DNA from: a virus
DNA length: 64,000 nucleotides
IMG/VR virus record: IMGVR_UViG_3300005805_000048
Reading direction: 5' to 3' (one strand)
The notes beneath the pieces are model-generated. The model was not told the DNA's origin. It worked only from the letters and a program-made list of their open reading frames with translations, and searched no databases. The translations under genes were made by a program, and so were the position numbers. Shown one piece after another: positions 10,878 through 20,431 of this stretch; position 1 is the first letter of the stretch; every line of letters starts with the position of its first letter.

Positions 10878-12974
10878 ATGACACAAGAAATTGAAAACGG
10901 TAATCCCGATCTAGCGCCAATCACAACAAAGACTGCAATGTTTTCTTTTAGGATTACAGAAGATTTTATAGATAGCTATAGGTCAAAACCTTCACCATTT
11001 GGCTATAAAGATGCTGGCAATAATAGCGTTGGCGAAATTACTTTTTTGAGAACATACAGTAGATTAAAAGAAGATGGTTCTAAGGAATCATGGGTTGATG
11101 TCTGTGAAAGAGTTATCAACGGAACTTACTCTCTTCAAAAAGATCACTGTAAAAAGAACAGACTACCATGGAATGACGCTAAAGCTCAAGCAAGTGCTAA
11201 AGAGGCATTTGATAGATTGTTTAATCTTAAATGGACCCCACCGGGCCGTGGTCTTTGGGCCATGGGCACAAACATAGTCAATGTCCAAAAGAACTCAGCC
11301 GCTCTTCAAAACTGTGCGTTTGTTTCAACATCAGAAATGACTAAGTTAAACCCAGCTAGACCGTTTGCCTTTTTAATGGAAGCATCAATGCTTGGTGTTG
11401 GCGTTGGTTTTGATGATAAGGGCGCCGACAAGGATTTCTTTATTCACGAACCAACTGGAGAGCAAATCACATACGTGATACCAGACACAAGAGAGGGTTG
11501 GGTGGAGTCCCTTACCCTGCTTCTTAATTCATATCTAAAAGAAAATCAACCGAAATATGTATTTGATTATTCCTTGATAAGACCATCTGGAGCACCGATA
11601 AAAACATTCGGCGGTGTTGCAGCTGGACATGAGCCACTATTAAAGCTTCATCAGCATATTAGCAAAATGTTTGCTGGCAGATCTGGCACTAAGCTAACTA
11701 GAGTCGATATAGCAGATATAGGTAACTTGATCGGAGTATGTGTTGTTTCTGGAAACGTGCGCCGTTCCGCCGAGCTACTAATAGGCAGATTAAACGATCA
11801 AGACTTCTTAAACCTGAAGAATAAAGACAAGTACCCAGAAAGAAATTCATACGATCCAAACGCACCAGGTTGGGGATGGATGTCTAACAACTCAGTTGAA
11901 ACCGAAGTCGGCGCTGATCTCACTTCCATCATAGATGGCATTTCTCTTAATGGTGAGCCTGGCGTTATTTGGATGGATATATCAAGAAAGTACGGAAGAC
12001 TAATTGATCCACCAAACAACAAGGATCACAGAGTTGCCGGCTATAATCCATGCGCAGAGCAGTCGCTGGAGTCCTACGAGTGCTGCACACTAGTGGAAAC
12101 CTATCTCGGTAGACATGACTCGCTTGAGGATTACAAGCGAACATTGAAGTTTGCCTACCTATATGCAAAGACAGTTACCCTTTTACCAACCCACTGGGAG
12201 GAAACAAATGCGATAATGCAGCGCAATCGTCGCATCGGTACTTCGATGTCTGGCGTTGCGGACTTCGCTGATCGTCTTGGTATGCCAGTGCTAAAGGAGT
12301 GGATGAATCAGGGTTATAAAACAGTCCAAAGATACGATAATGTTTACTCGGAGTGGTTAGGTATTCGAGAGTCAATTAAAATGACAACTGTAAAACCTTC
12401 GGGTACAGTCTCGATTCTTGCTGGTGAATCACCTGGCGTTCACTGGACTCCTGGTGGCAAATTTTTTAACAGAACCATTCGCTTTTCTAACGAAGATCCG
12501 ATGCTTCCTTTGTTTAAGATGGCAAACTATAGAGTTGAGCCCGCCGCGGAATCGCCAGATACTACTTCTGTTGTATACTTCCCAATCAAATCTCAAGCAG
12601 TAAGGTCCGAAAAAGATGTTACAATTTTTGAGAAGATGGCCCTAGCCACAACGGCACAAAGGTATTGGTCAGACAACTCAGTTTCTGTAACAATATCTTT
12701 TAATAAAGACACCGAAGCTCAGTACATCGGCACAGTTTTACATATGCACGATGGCCAATTGAAGACCGTATCTTTTTTACCTAGCGGCAATGATACATAT
12801 CCGCAAATGCCGTATACCCAAATCACAGAAGAGGAATACCTTGATCAAACAAGCAAGTTGTTCCCGATTGATTTGACGGGTGTTTATGCAGGAATGGCAG
12901 CTGATGCAATAGGTGAACGATACTGCACAACAGATTCATGTGAAGTTAAATTTGTAAGGGACAACGTAAAGTGA
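10878..12974 (+). CDS. nrdJ: Adenosylcobalamin-dependent ribonucleoside-triphosphate reductase (class II)
   Basis: 698 aa; PPGRGLW, QNCAFVST, GVGVGF, NPCAEQSLE and TVKPSGTVS motifs. Confidence 0.93.
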   Translation: MTQEIENGNPDLAPITTKTAMFSFRITEDFIDSYRSKPSPFGYKDAGNNSVGEITFLRTYSRLKEDGSKESWVDVCERVINGTYSLQKDHCKKNRLPWNDAKAQASAKEAFDRLFNLKWTPPGRGLWAMGTNIVNVQKNSAALQNCAFVSTSEMTKLNPARPFAFLMEASMLGVGVGFDDKGADKDFFIHEPTGEQITYVIPDTREGWVESLTLLLNSYLKENQPKYVFDYSLIRPSGAPIKTFGGVAAGHEPLLKLHQHISKMFAGRSGTKLTRVDIADIGNLIGVCVVSGNVRRSAELLIGRLNDQDFLNLKNKDKYPERNSYDPNAPGWGWMSNNSVETEVGADLTSIIDGISLNGEPGVIWMDISRKYGRLIDPPNNKDHRVAGYNPCAEQSLESYECCTLVETYLGRHDSLEDYKRTLKFAYLYAKTVTLLPTHWEETNAIMQRNRRIGTSMSGVADFADRLGMPVLKEWMNQGYKTVQRYDNVYSEWLGIRESIKMTTVKPSGTVSILAGESPGVHWTPGGKFFNRTIRFSNEDPMLPLFKMANYRVEPAAESPDTTSVVYFPIKSQAVRSEKDVTIFEKMALATTAQRYWSDNSVSVTISFNKDTEAQYIGTVLHMHDGQLKTVSFLPSGNDTYPQMPYTQITEEEYLDQTSKLFPIDLTGVYAGMAADAIGERYCTTDSCEVKFVRDNVK

Positions 12975-12975
12975 T

Positions 12976-13312
12976 ATGAATAACTTTCGGAGAAAATCAA
13001 GAAAAAATAAATAAAATATTTAATGAAATAATGTCTAATTTTGATTATGAAAAAATAAAAAATTCTAACAAGATAAGCACCGAACGTTATATTCAATTTT
13101 GCACAGAACTAAATAGCGAACTACTTAGCTCAGTGCAAGAAATAAATATTATTATTAAAAATTTATTTGATTGTCAAGATAAAAACTATGAAGTCCCACC
13201 AGATATAAACGACATGTTAAAATCTTTATACAAAAAATCTAGCGATTTTAACACCTATATGCTAGACTTAATGGAGGATGAATACTTTACATTCTTGCCA
13301 GAGGAAGATTAA
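12976..13312 (+). CDS. Small hypothetical protein, joined across a +1 shift at CGG 12988-12990 (MNNF-[CGGA=G]-ENQEKINKIFNEIMSNFDYEK..)
   Basis: ATG 12976 follows the nrdJ stop; zero frame stops quickly, +1 frame joins ORF 13031..13312. Length 337 = 3n+1. Confidence 0.6.
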
Positions 13313-14007
13313 TGGAAACAAAAGATAACGTGATAGAAGTTTTAGGCAACGGTTATGTCAGATTGGTTGACTGTATGGGAACCGATCTTTCTGTAGTCAA
13401 TGCTGCGCGCGCATCCTTTGCCAAAGAGTCGCAAGAGCTATCGCCAAAAGATGCAAGGCTAATAGATTTTTTGATAAGAGAAAATCACATGTCTCCATTC
13501 AGACATGCGTTTATAACATTTGAAATAAAAGCTCCTCTAATGGTTGCTAGGCAGCACTGGAAGTATGTAGTTGGCTCTGACCACACCATGGATTCCTGGA
13601 ACGAGTCTTCTAGGCGCTATATCACTATGGATCCAGAGTTTTACATTCCAGAGCCAGATCAATGGAGAATGGCTCCAGAGGATAAGAAACAGGGCTCTGG
13701 AGGCCCCATAGGGCCCTGGCAGGGGGCTTTGCTGACCGATGAGCTAAAGAACCTAATTAAGCAGGGGGAAGCGCTATATAACATGGCTATACAGCAGGGG
13801 GTTGCTCCTGAGCAGGCAAGGTTATTCCTTCCGGCATATGGTATGCACGTAGTGTATAGATGGTCGTGCAGTCTGCAGTCAGTCTGCCTTTTCTTAACAC
13901 AAAGACTGGCTGAGGATTCTCAAGTGGAAATACAAGAATACGCTAAGGCAATCCACGCGTTAGCAAAAGAAAAGTTTCCAATTACAATAGGTAGACTTGT
14001 TGGTTAA
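13312..14007 (+). CDS. thyX: Flavin-dependent thymidylate synthase
   Basis: SPFRHAFITFEIKAP, RQHWKYVVG...SWNESSRRYI, LPAYG...W.. Confidence 0.92.
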   Translation: METKDNVIEVLGNGYVRLVDCMGTDLSVVNAARASFAKESQELSPKDARLIDFLIRENHMSPFRHAFITFEIKAPLMVARQHWKYVVGSDHTMDSWNESSRRYITMDPEFYIPEPDQWRMAPEDKKQGSGGPIGPWQGALLTDELKNLIKQGEALYNMAIQQGVAPEQARLFLPAYGMHVVYRWSCSLQSVCLFLTQRLAEDSQVEIQEYAKAIHALAKEKFPITIGRLVG

Positions 14008-14010
14008 AAT

Positions 14011-14175
14011 ATGTTTTTTGATATTGTAAAAGTATTTCTTTTTGTTATTCTCATTAATTGGACTGTTGGTATGCACTTCTCGGCGTCCAGACTAAACCCC
14101 GGGTCAGAAAAGATAACTGCTATATTAATAGCGCTAATGCTGAGCATTCTTACTGGAATAGTGGTAATATTGTAG
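14011..14175 (+). CDS. Small membrane protein
   Basis: 54 aa ORF (MFFDIVKVFLFVILINWTVGMHF...ALMLSILTGIVVIL), two hydrophobic segments. Confidence 0.5.
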   Translation: MFFDIVKVFLFVILINWTVGMHFSASRLNPGSEKITAILIALMLSILTGIVVIL

Positions 14176-14179
14176 TCCT

Positions 14180-14434
14180 ATGCCAGCATCAAAATTAAAT
14201 TATATTGTCGTATACAAAAACCATAGTCAGGTTTATGGTTGTTCTTCTAAGAAGATAGCTATAGAATCTCCTCCTCCAGATGGTTATTCGGAAAAAGATA
14301 AAAGAATTTTATTTGTTACTTTTGAGCCAGATACAGACAACCTTTGTGCCTACACTGTATCGAGTGAGACTACAGATGAAGAGGAAATCGTAGAAACAAA
14401 AAAGGTAAAGAAGAAAGCAAAGAGCAGTGAGTAA
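14180..14434 (+). CDS. Hypothetical protein
   Basis: 84 aa ORF in a packed gene string. Confidence 0.5.
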   Translation: MPASKLNYIVVYKNHSQVYGCSSKKIAIESPPPDGYSEKDKRILFVTFEPDTDNLCAYTVSSETTDEEEIVETKKVKKKAKSSE

Positions 14435-14672
14435 GAAAACAAATAAGAAAAAAAAGATTAATATAAAACTTGAATCGGGTCAAACATTTATGATAGAAGA
14501 CCTGCAAGTTATCCTTCATATACAAAAAACTTATGCCACCATGCTGAGGGCACAGTCTTCTCCTGAAGATAAATTAGTTTATAGCAAGGTAATTGAAGCA
14601 GTTAATTTAGCAATTGAAAATGTTTATGTTGCGTCGGAGGATAATTCAGATGATGAAAACTACTGGAATTAA
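14427..14672 (+). CDS. Hypothetical protein
   Basis: 81 aa ORF overlapping its neighbours by a few bases. Confidence 0.5.
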   Translation: MSKKTNKKKKINIKLESGQTFMIEDLQVILHIQKTYATMLRAQSSPEDKLVYSKVIEAVNLAIENVYVASEDNSDDENYWN

Positions 14673-14949
14673 ATATTTAACCGCAACTGCATTTATTGGT
14701 ATTTCTTTATATCTTTTTTGGAAAAGGGCTCAAAAATCAATTACTTCAACTCCACTAGAAAATTTTATAAACAACTTTACCCCTCCTAATAATTCAGATA
14801 ACTATAAACCATATAACTCTTTTATAGAATTTTTTGATTCAAAGAATGTTCAGGAAGCGTACGAGAAATATAAGGAATATTTAGATTTTGGGATGAACGA
14901 AGATAACGCTTTTAAAAGTGTTGTAGAGAATAGATTTAAAAATGATTGA
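14653..14949 (+). CDS. Small protein with N-terminal TM segment
   Basis: MKTTGIKYLTATAFIGISLYLFW; start inside ORF 14614..14949. Confidence 0.5.
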   Translation: MKTTGIKYLTATAFIGISLYLFWKRAQKSITSTPLENFINNFTPPNNSDNYKPYNSFIEFFDSKNVQEAYEKYKEYLDFGMNEDNAFKSVVENRFKND

Positions 14950-15745
14950 TCTTTGTATTGTCAACTATAATACTAGACCTCTTCTGGAAAGACTTTTAAA
15001 TACTCTTCATGATAGTATTGGTAATGGTGAAAGATTTTGGAATCTATACATAGCAGATAACGGGTCTACCGATGATACCGTTGAGTGGATTAGGTCAAAT
15101 GATGATAAATATTTTATAGATAGAATCTGCTTAAATAACAATATTGGCTATTCAGCGGCATGTAACAAGCTGGCTTTACGTGGGTCAAATAGCGTTATAG
15201 GCTTACTTAACGCGGATGTTTGGTTTACGAATGAAGACATTACCCAACTCTGTAGAATTTTTAATCAAAATAAAGATATTCACATTCTTGGTCCAAAACA
15301 AAGAGATGAATACGGTCTAATAAGACATGCGGGAATAATTGGAACCAACACACAACCAAGACACAGGGGTTGGATGGAGCCGGATCCTTCCGATGTTCTG
15401 TATAAAGATCGAATCAACTGCGTTACTGTTTCTGGGTCAGCATATTTTATAAGAAGATCTGTTTGGGACGACTTAACTTATCGACCAGAATATAGAGATC
15501 TATACCCTGATGCAGTCGGAGCATTTTTGCCAACTCCACATTATTACGAAGAAACATGGTGTTCATACTTTGCTCGTCATTTAGGGTATAATGTAGTATA
15601 TGATGGTAGCGTGTCAATTGGCCACAGCTGGCATGCCTCCTCACCCAAACCAGGCGAAGGCTATAGCCACGCCGACGCACAATTCAAAGTAAGTCAATCA
15701 ATATTTCGCAACGCATGCGATAAAATAGGAATAGAAAGAGATTAA
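14942..15745 (+). CDS. Family 2 glycosyltransferase
   Basis: IVNYNT, ADNGSTDDT, GLLNADVW motifs. Confidence 0.85.
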   Translation: MIDLCIVNYNTRPLLERLLNTLHDSIGNGERFWNLYIADNGSTDDTVEWIRSNDDKYFIDRICLNNNIGYSAACNKLALRGSNSVIGLLNADVWFTNEDITQLCRIFNQNKDIHILGPKQRDEYGLIRHAGIIGTNTQPRHRGWMEPDPSDVLYKDRINCVTVSGSAYFIRRSVWDDLTYRPEYRDLYPDAVGAFLPTPHYYEETWCSYFARHLGYNVVYDGSVSIGHSWHASSPKPGEGYSHADAQFKVSQSIFRNACDKIGIERD

Positions 15746-15746
15746 C

Positions 15747-16148
15747 ATGACAGACAAATTAAACCCATGGATATATAACGCAGAGGTAAAAAAGGTCGTA
15801 GACGGTGATACTTTTGATATCGTAATTGATCTTGGCTTTGATACCCTAAAAAAGGGCAGAGTAAGACTTTATGGCGTAAACACTCCAGAAAGTAGAACTT
15901 CCAATATAGAGGAAAAAAAGCAGGGGTTAGCGGCAAAAGAGTTTACTGATCAATGGCTTACTCGAGCAAATCATCAAGTAAAAATTGAAACCATTATAGA
16001 TAAAAATGAAAAATACGGTAGAGTACTAGCCAAAGTCTGGGATTCAAGTGGCAACTGTCTCAATACAGATATAGTTGCTGCCGGCCTTGCAAGAGAATAC
16101 TATGGTGTAGGCGATAAGACCTGGACAGAGTTTAAAAAGGGTAGCTAG
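15747..16148 (+). CDS. Thermonuclease/staphylococcal nuclease-like protein
   Basis: VVDGDTFDIVIDLGF, VRLYGVNTPE, YGRVLAKVW, AREYYG. Confidence 0.9.
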   Translation: MTDKLNPWIYNAEVKKVVDGDTFDIVIDLGFDTLKKGRVRLYGVNTPESRTSNIEEKKQGLAAKEFTDQWLTRANHQVKIETIIDKNEKYGRVLAKVWDSSGNCLNTDIVAAGLAREYYGVGDKTWTEFKKGS

Positions 16149-16564
16149 TGCAGACCTTTCTTCCTTTTCCAGATTTTAAGAAATCTGTTGAAGTTCTTGA
16201 TTCCAAACGACTTGGTAAACAAAGAGTCGAAACATATCAAGTCCTTAATATTCTTCTGAATAGAACAGAAACAAAGGGTTGGAGAAATCATCCTGTCACC
16301 TTGATGTGGGCAGGGTATGAGGCAGCTTTGCAGCTGTATCAGAATTACACTATTGAAGAATGGATTAAGAGAGGTTTTAAGAATACGATGCAATTTGAAA
16401 ACTTATTAATTGAAGCACAAATGCCACCATGGTTTGGTGATGATAGACTACACAGAAGTCATAGATCAAATCTTCTTAGAAAGAACTGGGAGTATTACTC
16501 TCAGCATTTTGTAGAGGAAACAGATTTACCATACTATTGGCCAAAGCAAAAAGTTCTGGTATAA
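16148..16564 (+). CDS. Pyrimidine-dimer DNA glycosylase / MSMEG_6728 family protein
   Basis: MQTFLPFPDFKKSVEVLDSKRLGKQRVE...WRNHPVTLMWAGYE. Confidence 0.8.
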   Translation: MQTFLPFPDFKKSVEVLDSKRLGKQRVETYQVLNILLNRTETKGWRNHPVTLMWAGYEAALQLYQNYTIEEWIKRGFKNTMQFENLLIEAQMPPWFGDDRLHRSHRSNLLRKNWEYYSQHFVEETDLPYYWPKQKVLV

Positions 16565-16589
16565 TAGATAATACGGAAACCGATAGCTC

Positions 16590-16626
16590 AAAATCAGCCC
16601 TCAGCTTTATGTTGGGGGCTGATTTT
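16590..16626 (+). terminator. Rho-independent terminator candidate
   Basis: aatcagccctcag...ttgggggctgatttttttt: stem plus U-tract. Confidence 0.65.
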
Positions 16627-16706
16627 TTTTGTACAAGTTGCTTTTACCATAAGCTATGTGTATAATTATTACCTGTAATTAACCAATACACTCATAAAGG
16701 AAAAAT

Positions 16707-16889
16707 ATGTCAGAAAATAAATTCAACTACTTTGAGGTTACTACTTCGTTCCTTGTTAAGGCAAAGAACAAGTCAGACGCAGAGAAGGTTGCTCTTGGTC
16801 GTAAAAATATCAAGGGTGAAATTCTTTCGACTAACACAGATGTAGAGAGAGTCTCTGCTGTAGAAGTAAGAGAGATGCTCGAAATCTAG
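16707..16889 (+). CDS. Small hypothetical protein
   Basis: 60 aa ORF with upstream aaaggaaaaat RBS-like sequence. Confidence 0.55.
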   Translation: MSENKFNYFEVTTSFLVKAKNKSDAEKVALGRKNIKGEILSTNTDVERVSAVEVREMLEI

Positions 16890-16898
16890 TAGTTATCA

Positions 16899-16943
16899 AT
16901 CTAGAGGGGGGGCGCTGCTGGTGTGATCAGCGTCCCCCTTCTA
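16899..16943 (+). terminator. Hairpin terminator candidate
   Basis: gggggcgctg...cagcgtcccccttc stem, intergenic. Confidence 0.5.
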
Positions 16944-16962
16944 CTCCAATGTTAGGAAACTT

Positions 16963-17673
16963 ATGAGTTTTAAAATCTATGCTCAAATCGTAGGCAGAAA
17001 TGAAGAAGGTCGATATCTTGAAGATGTTCTTCAAAGACTTTCTAAGCAAGTTGATCATATAATCTTCACAGATGACTGCTCAGAAGATAATACGCTTTCT
17101 ATAGCAAAAAAATACTGCACAACGTTTCAAACCCCAGAGCCACTTTTCACAAAACACGAAGGTCAACTGCGAGCTTTTGCTTGGGGCAATCTATCTGAGT
17201 TTGCCAATGTAGGAGACTGGGTAATCGCAATTGACTGCGACGAAATGCTCTACAGAAAAGATCAGCTAGATAGCTTAGATATAAGAGAGGTTTTAGGCAG
17301 ATCTGAATTTGATGTTGTTAACGTAAAATTTTATCATATGTGGAATGAAAACCAGTATAGGCAGGACAAACTTTGGGCTCCCAATAACAGCTCAAGAATA
17401 TTTAGATTTAAAGAAAACGGCGGATTTTTAAATAGAAAACTAGCTTGTGGTTCTGAACCGTCTTATGTTCGTGATTGGATTAGCCAAAGAAACTATTGGC
17501 TAAATTCTGGATTAATTATGAAACATATGGGTTATCAAAAAGATGAAGACAAGCAATCTAAGTACGAAAGATATTCAACGATAGATAGAGGAGAGTTTCA
17601 CAATATTAAACATATAGAATCAATAACAGACTCAAATCCAACACTAGTTACATGGGGAAATTTCGGAGTATAA
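16963..17673 (+). CDS. Family 2 glycosyltransferase
   Basis: AQIVGRNEEGRYLEDVLQRL...DHIIFTDDCSEDNTLSIAKKY; DCDEM. Confidence 0.85.
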   Translation: MSFKIYAQIVGRNEEGRYLEDVLQRLSKQVDHIIFTDDCSEDNTLSIAKKYCTTFQTPEPLFTKHEGQLRAFAWGNLSEFANVGDWVIAIDCDEMLYRKDQLDSLDIREVLGRSEFDVVNVKFYHMWNENQYRQDKLWAPNNSSRIFRFKENGGFLNRKLACGSEPSYVRDWISQRNYWLNSGLIMKHMGYQKDEDKQSKYERYSTIDRGEFHNIKHIESITDSNPTLVTWGNFGV

Positions 17674-17674
17674 T

Positions 17675-18358
17675 ATGAAAAGCAAAGTAAAAATAACATC
17701 ACAAACACAAACCATACAAACCCTTACAAAAAAGATGCTTGGCAAAAACAAGTATGCTTTTGTGTCTTTTCCTAAAACCGTTTTACTTTCACTTAGTGCT
17801 TCAGATGGCAAGGGAATACCAGTCCAGTTTGTTGAAGACATGAAAAAGTCTTTTTCCATTAACGATCCCGCATACATGAAAGCGGTTCCGTCTTCGTTTG
17901 TTTATTCTGCTGAAAAAGATGATGAATTAAATCTTTCAATATTCAATGATGAATCTATCTACTTTAACTCATCAACTCTAGAGAATTATTTTCACACAAA
18001 TGAAATAGTATTTAAATCGTTTGTAGAGTTTTATGTAGAAAATAATCCATTTATTACAGTTTCTTTTAACGAAAAGAAGCATGTGGCAAGAGTTCTTGGT
18101 TTACCTTCTGCTCATATCCATGTTTCTTATAACAATTTTTATGACAAAATAGATGAAATATGTGAATCTATAGATAAGGTAAAAGACGTAAGCGATACAG
18201 TAATCCTGGACTGCCCAGTGCTCTCCGCCGGTTTAGCACATAAGATTTGGGAAAACTTTAATTTATCAATATTAGATCTTGGTAAAGTTGTAAGTTTTTC
18301 TAAAACTAAATCTTCAGATAGGGCGAAGTTCAATGGAAAAAAAACATATAAAAATTGA
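17675..18358 (+). CDS. Hypothetical protein
   Basis: 227 aa ORF. Confidence 0.5.
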   Translation: MKSKVKITSQTQTIQTLTKKMLGKNKYAFVSFPKTVLLSLSASDGKGIPVQFVEDMKKSFSINDPAYMKAVPSSFVYSAEKDDELNLSIFNDESIYFNSSTLENYFHTNEIVFKSFVEFYVENNPFITVSFNEKKHVARVLGLPSAHIHVSYNNFYDKIDEICESIDKVKDVSDTVILDCPVLSAGLAHKIWENFNLSILDLGKVVSFSKTKSSDRAKFNGKKTYKN

Positions 18359-18981
18359 TAAAGAAGATGATCTATTTTTAATAGATTTACTTTTTGATTC
18401 GAGTCTTAGCTTATCTGAAATAGCTAAAGAATTAGATATATCATATAAGGATCTTAATAAAAAAATATCTTCACTTGGCTTAAATTGGATTAAAGAACAG
18501 AAAAAGAAAAGTTCAAGAGGACAAGCAGCTCTTACTCATATAATGAAAAAACTACTGCCTGGCCAAAAGATTGTCAACGAACATCATATAGGCGATAGAT
18601 TAAAATTGGACGTATATTGTCCAGCATTTAAGCTTGCCGCAGAATTTCATCGGACGACAGCATTTTTATTACACGCAAAGATTTTTTGAATCAAAATATG
18701 ATTTTGAACAAGCCGTAGAAAGAGATAAGAAAAAACTACAAAAATGCGAAGAACTTGGAATAGCTTTAATAGTTTTCAGGTATAATGATCTACTTACCGA
18801 AGAGGCAGTATATGATAGAATGCTACAGGCTATTCGTTCAGCTGAACCAATAGAAAATAAAACAGGCAAAAAGAGTGTAACTACAAATAAGTATTATCAA
18901 GAGCAAAAAAAGAAGTATAACAAAAGAAAGAAAGATCTATACAAAAAAATGAAAAATAAGAAGAAGTATCATGACAAGTGA
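18333..18981 (+). CDS. VSR/PD-(D/E)XK-like endonuclease, joined across a +1 shift at CGG 18651-18653 (..LKLDVYCPAFKLAAEFH-[CGGA=G]-RQHFYYTQRFF..)
   Basis: Joined ORFs recover the family pattern 'LDxYxPxxKLAxExxGRQHF'. Length 649 = 3n+1. Confidence 0.8.
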
Positions 18982-20431
18982 AATCACAGCTCCAGCCACT
19001 TCTGATATTTACCCTATTGAGTATCAAATCTTTGCGCTTTCTTTTAGGCAGCCGGGGGCAATTTCTTTTTTTAGAGACAACCTTCAGCCAGAAATGATAG
19101 GTCTGCTAGAGGGTCAAAATGGAATAAATGAATTTTATAAAGCGCTTGTTTCATATTCCACTTCTACAGAATTAGATGTAGTAGATCCAGTTGCTTTTAA
19201 ATCCTGGATGCAAACGGAAAGTGATTTATACGAAGCACTGAACGGCCAACATGGTGTAGATATGATCATGGGTGTTTTGGGGACCATGGATCTTTCTACG
19301 CCAGAAGCTGTAACAAAAGTAATTAAACATAAATATAATAAAATTAAACAGAGAAATCTGCTAAAAGAATTAGAGTTTATTTTAAGTCAAAAAGGTCTAA
19401 AGTCAGAAGAAGACCTGTCAAAGATGACATCTTTGGCAATAGAGATAACTACACTCGAAAACCAGATCAACTATAACCCATATGATGGTGTTGTTACCGC
19501 AAAAGAAATAATTGAAAAAATAGACTCACTATTAGATACTCCAGATTTTCTTCCAACGCAGTACAAATCTCTCAACAGAGCTATGGGTTATACAAACGAC
19601 GGTGGATTCTACAGAGGATCTGTTCATGCAATTATTGCTGCGTCCGGAAAAGGTAAGAGCACATTTGCAAAATGCCTAGTTAATAACTGGCTTGATAATG
19701 GATATAAAGCTTTATATGTAAACTTTGAAGAAGCAAGAAGTCACTGGGAAAGAATCTTGATGACGCAAATTATCGGTAAAAACGTCTATGCCGAAGTCGC
19801 CAAATGGAGCGATGAAGATAAGAAGAAGCACATGAAAGTGTTTATGGATAAGCTGCTACAGTGGGGCGACCGCCTAATGGTAAAGCATGATCCGGATACT
19901 CCATATTTTGAGGATTTAGAGAAATGGCTTAGGGAGATCCTCCTTCAGAATGAAGCGATACCAGATGTTATAGTAATCGATACTATACAATCCATGTTTA
20001 CTAGGTCTAAGGGTAAAGCTAGGTGGGGTGAATTTGAAGAAATGATGGTTCGCCTTGAAAAGATAGCTAGAGATATGAACTGCGTACTAATAATAACAGC
20101 GCAAGAAAACTCTAATAGAATGAAAGAAAGAAGAGAAGTCGTTCTGCAATCTGATACTGGTGGATCATTGGCTATTCAGCAGAAGTGCGCCATAACAATA
20201 TTTATTACAGAAAAAAAGCTAATCAGCGGAGATGATTCCGAAGACGAAAACATAATGCAGCTACAAATACCCAAAAATAGAATCACTGGTTCTGCCTTTG
20301 CGTACGAGCCGCCTTTGGTTAAGTACGTTGACGGCAAAAAAACATACGAAGAATACGAGATGGTAACAAGCGCATCTTACGATGCTTCCTCGATTCTTGA
20401 TGATTTACTCAACAATGGAGACTTTTCATAA
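18971..20431 (+). CDS. DnaB-like replicative helicase (RecA-fold ATPase)
   Basis: AIIAASGKGKSTFAKCLVNNWLDNGYKALYVNFEE; VIVIDTIQSM; VLIITAQ. Confidence 0.8.
   Translation: MTSEITAPATSDIYPIEYQIFALSFRQPGAISFFRDNLQPEMIGLLEGQNGINEFYKALVSYSTSTELDVVDPVAFKSWMQTESDLYEALNGQHGVDMIMGVLGTMDLSTPEAVTKVIKHKYNKIKQRNLLKELEFILSQKGLKSEEDLSKMTSLAIEITTLENQINYNPYDGVVTAKEIIEKIDSLLDTPDFLPTQYKSLNRAMGYTNDGGFYRGSVHAIIAASGKGKSTFAKCLVNNWLDNGYKALYVNFEEARSHWERILMTQIIGKNVYAEVAKWSDEDKKKHMKVFMDKLLQWGDRLMVKHDPDTPYFEDLEKWLREILLQNEAIPDVIVIDTIQSMFTRSKGKARWGEFEEMMVRLEKIARDMNCVLIITAQENSNRMKERREVVLQSDTGGSLAIQQKCAITIFITEKKLISGDDSEDENIMQLQIPKNRITGSAFAYEPPLVKYVDGKKTYEEYEMVTSASYDASSILDDLLNNGDFS

Noticed and set aside
10878-12974. Intein or split gene in the ribonucleotide reductase
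   Set aside because: The 698-aa frame is continuous with all class II motifs and no intein-type insertion or CGG site.
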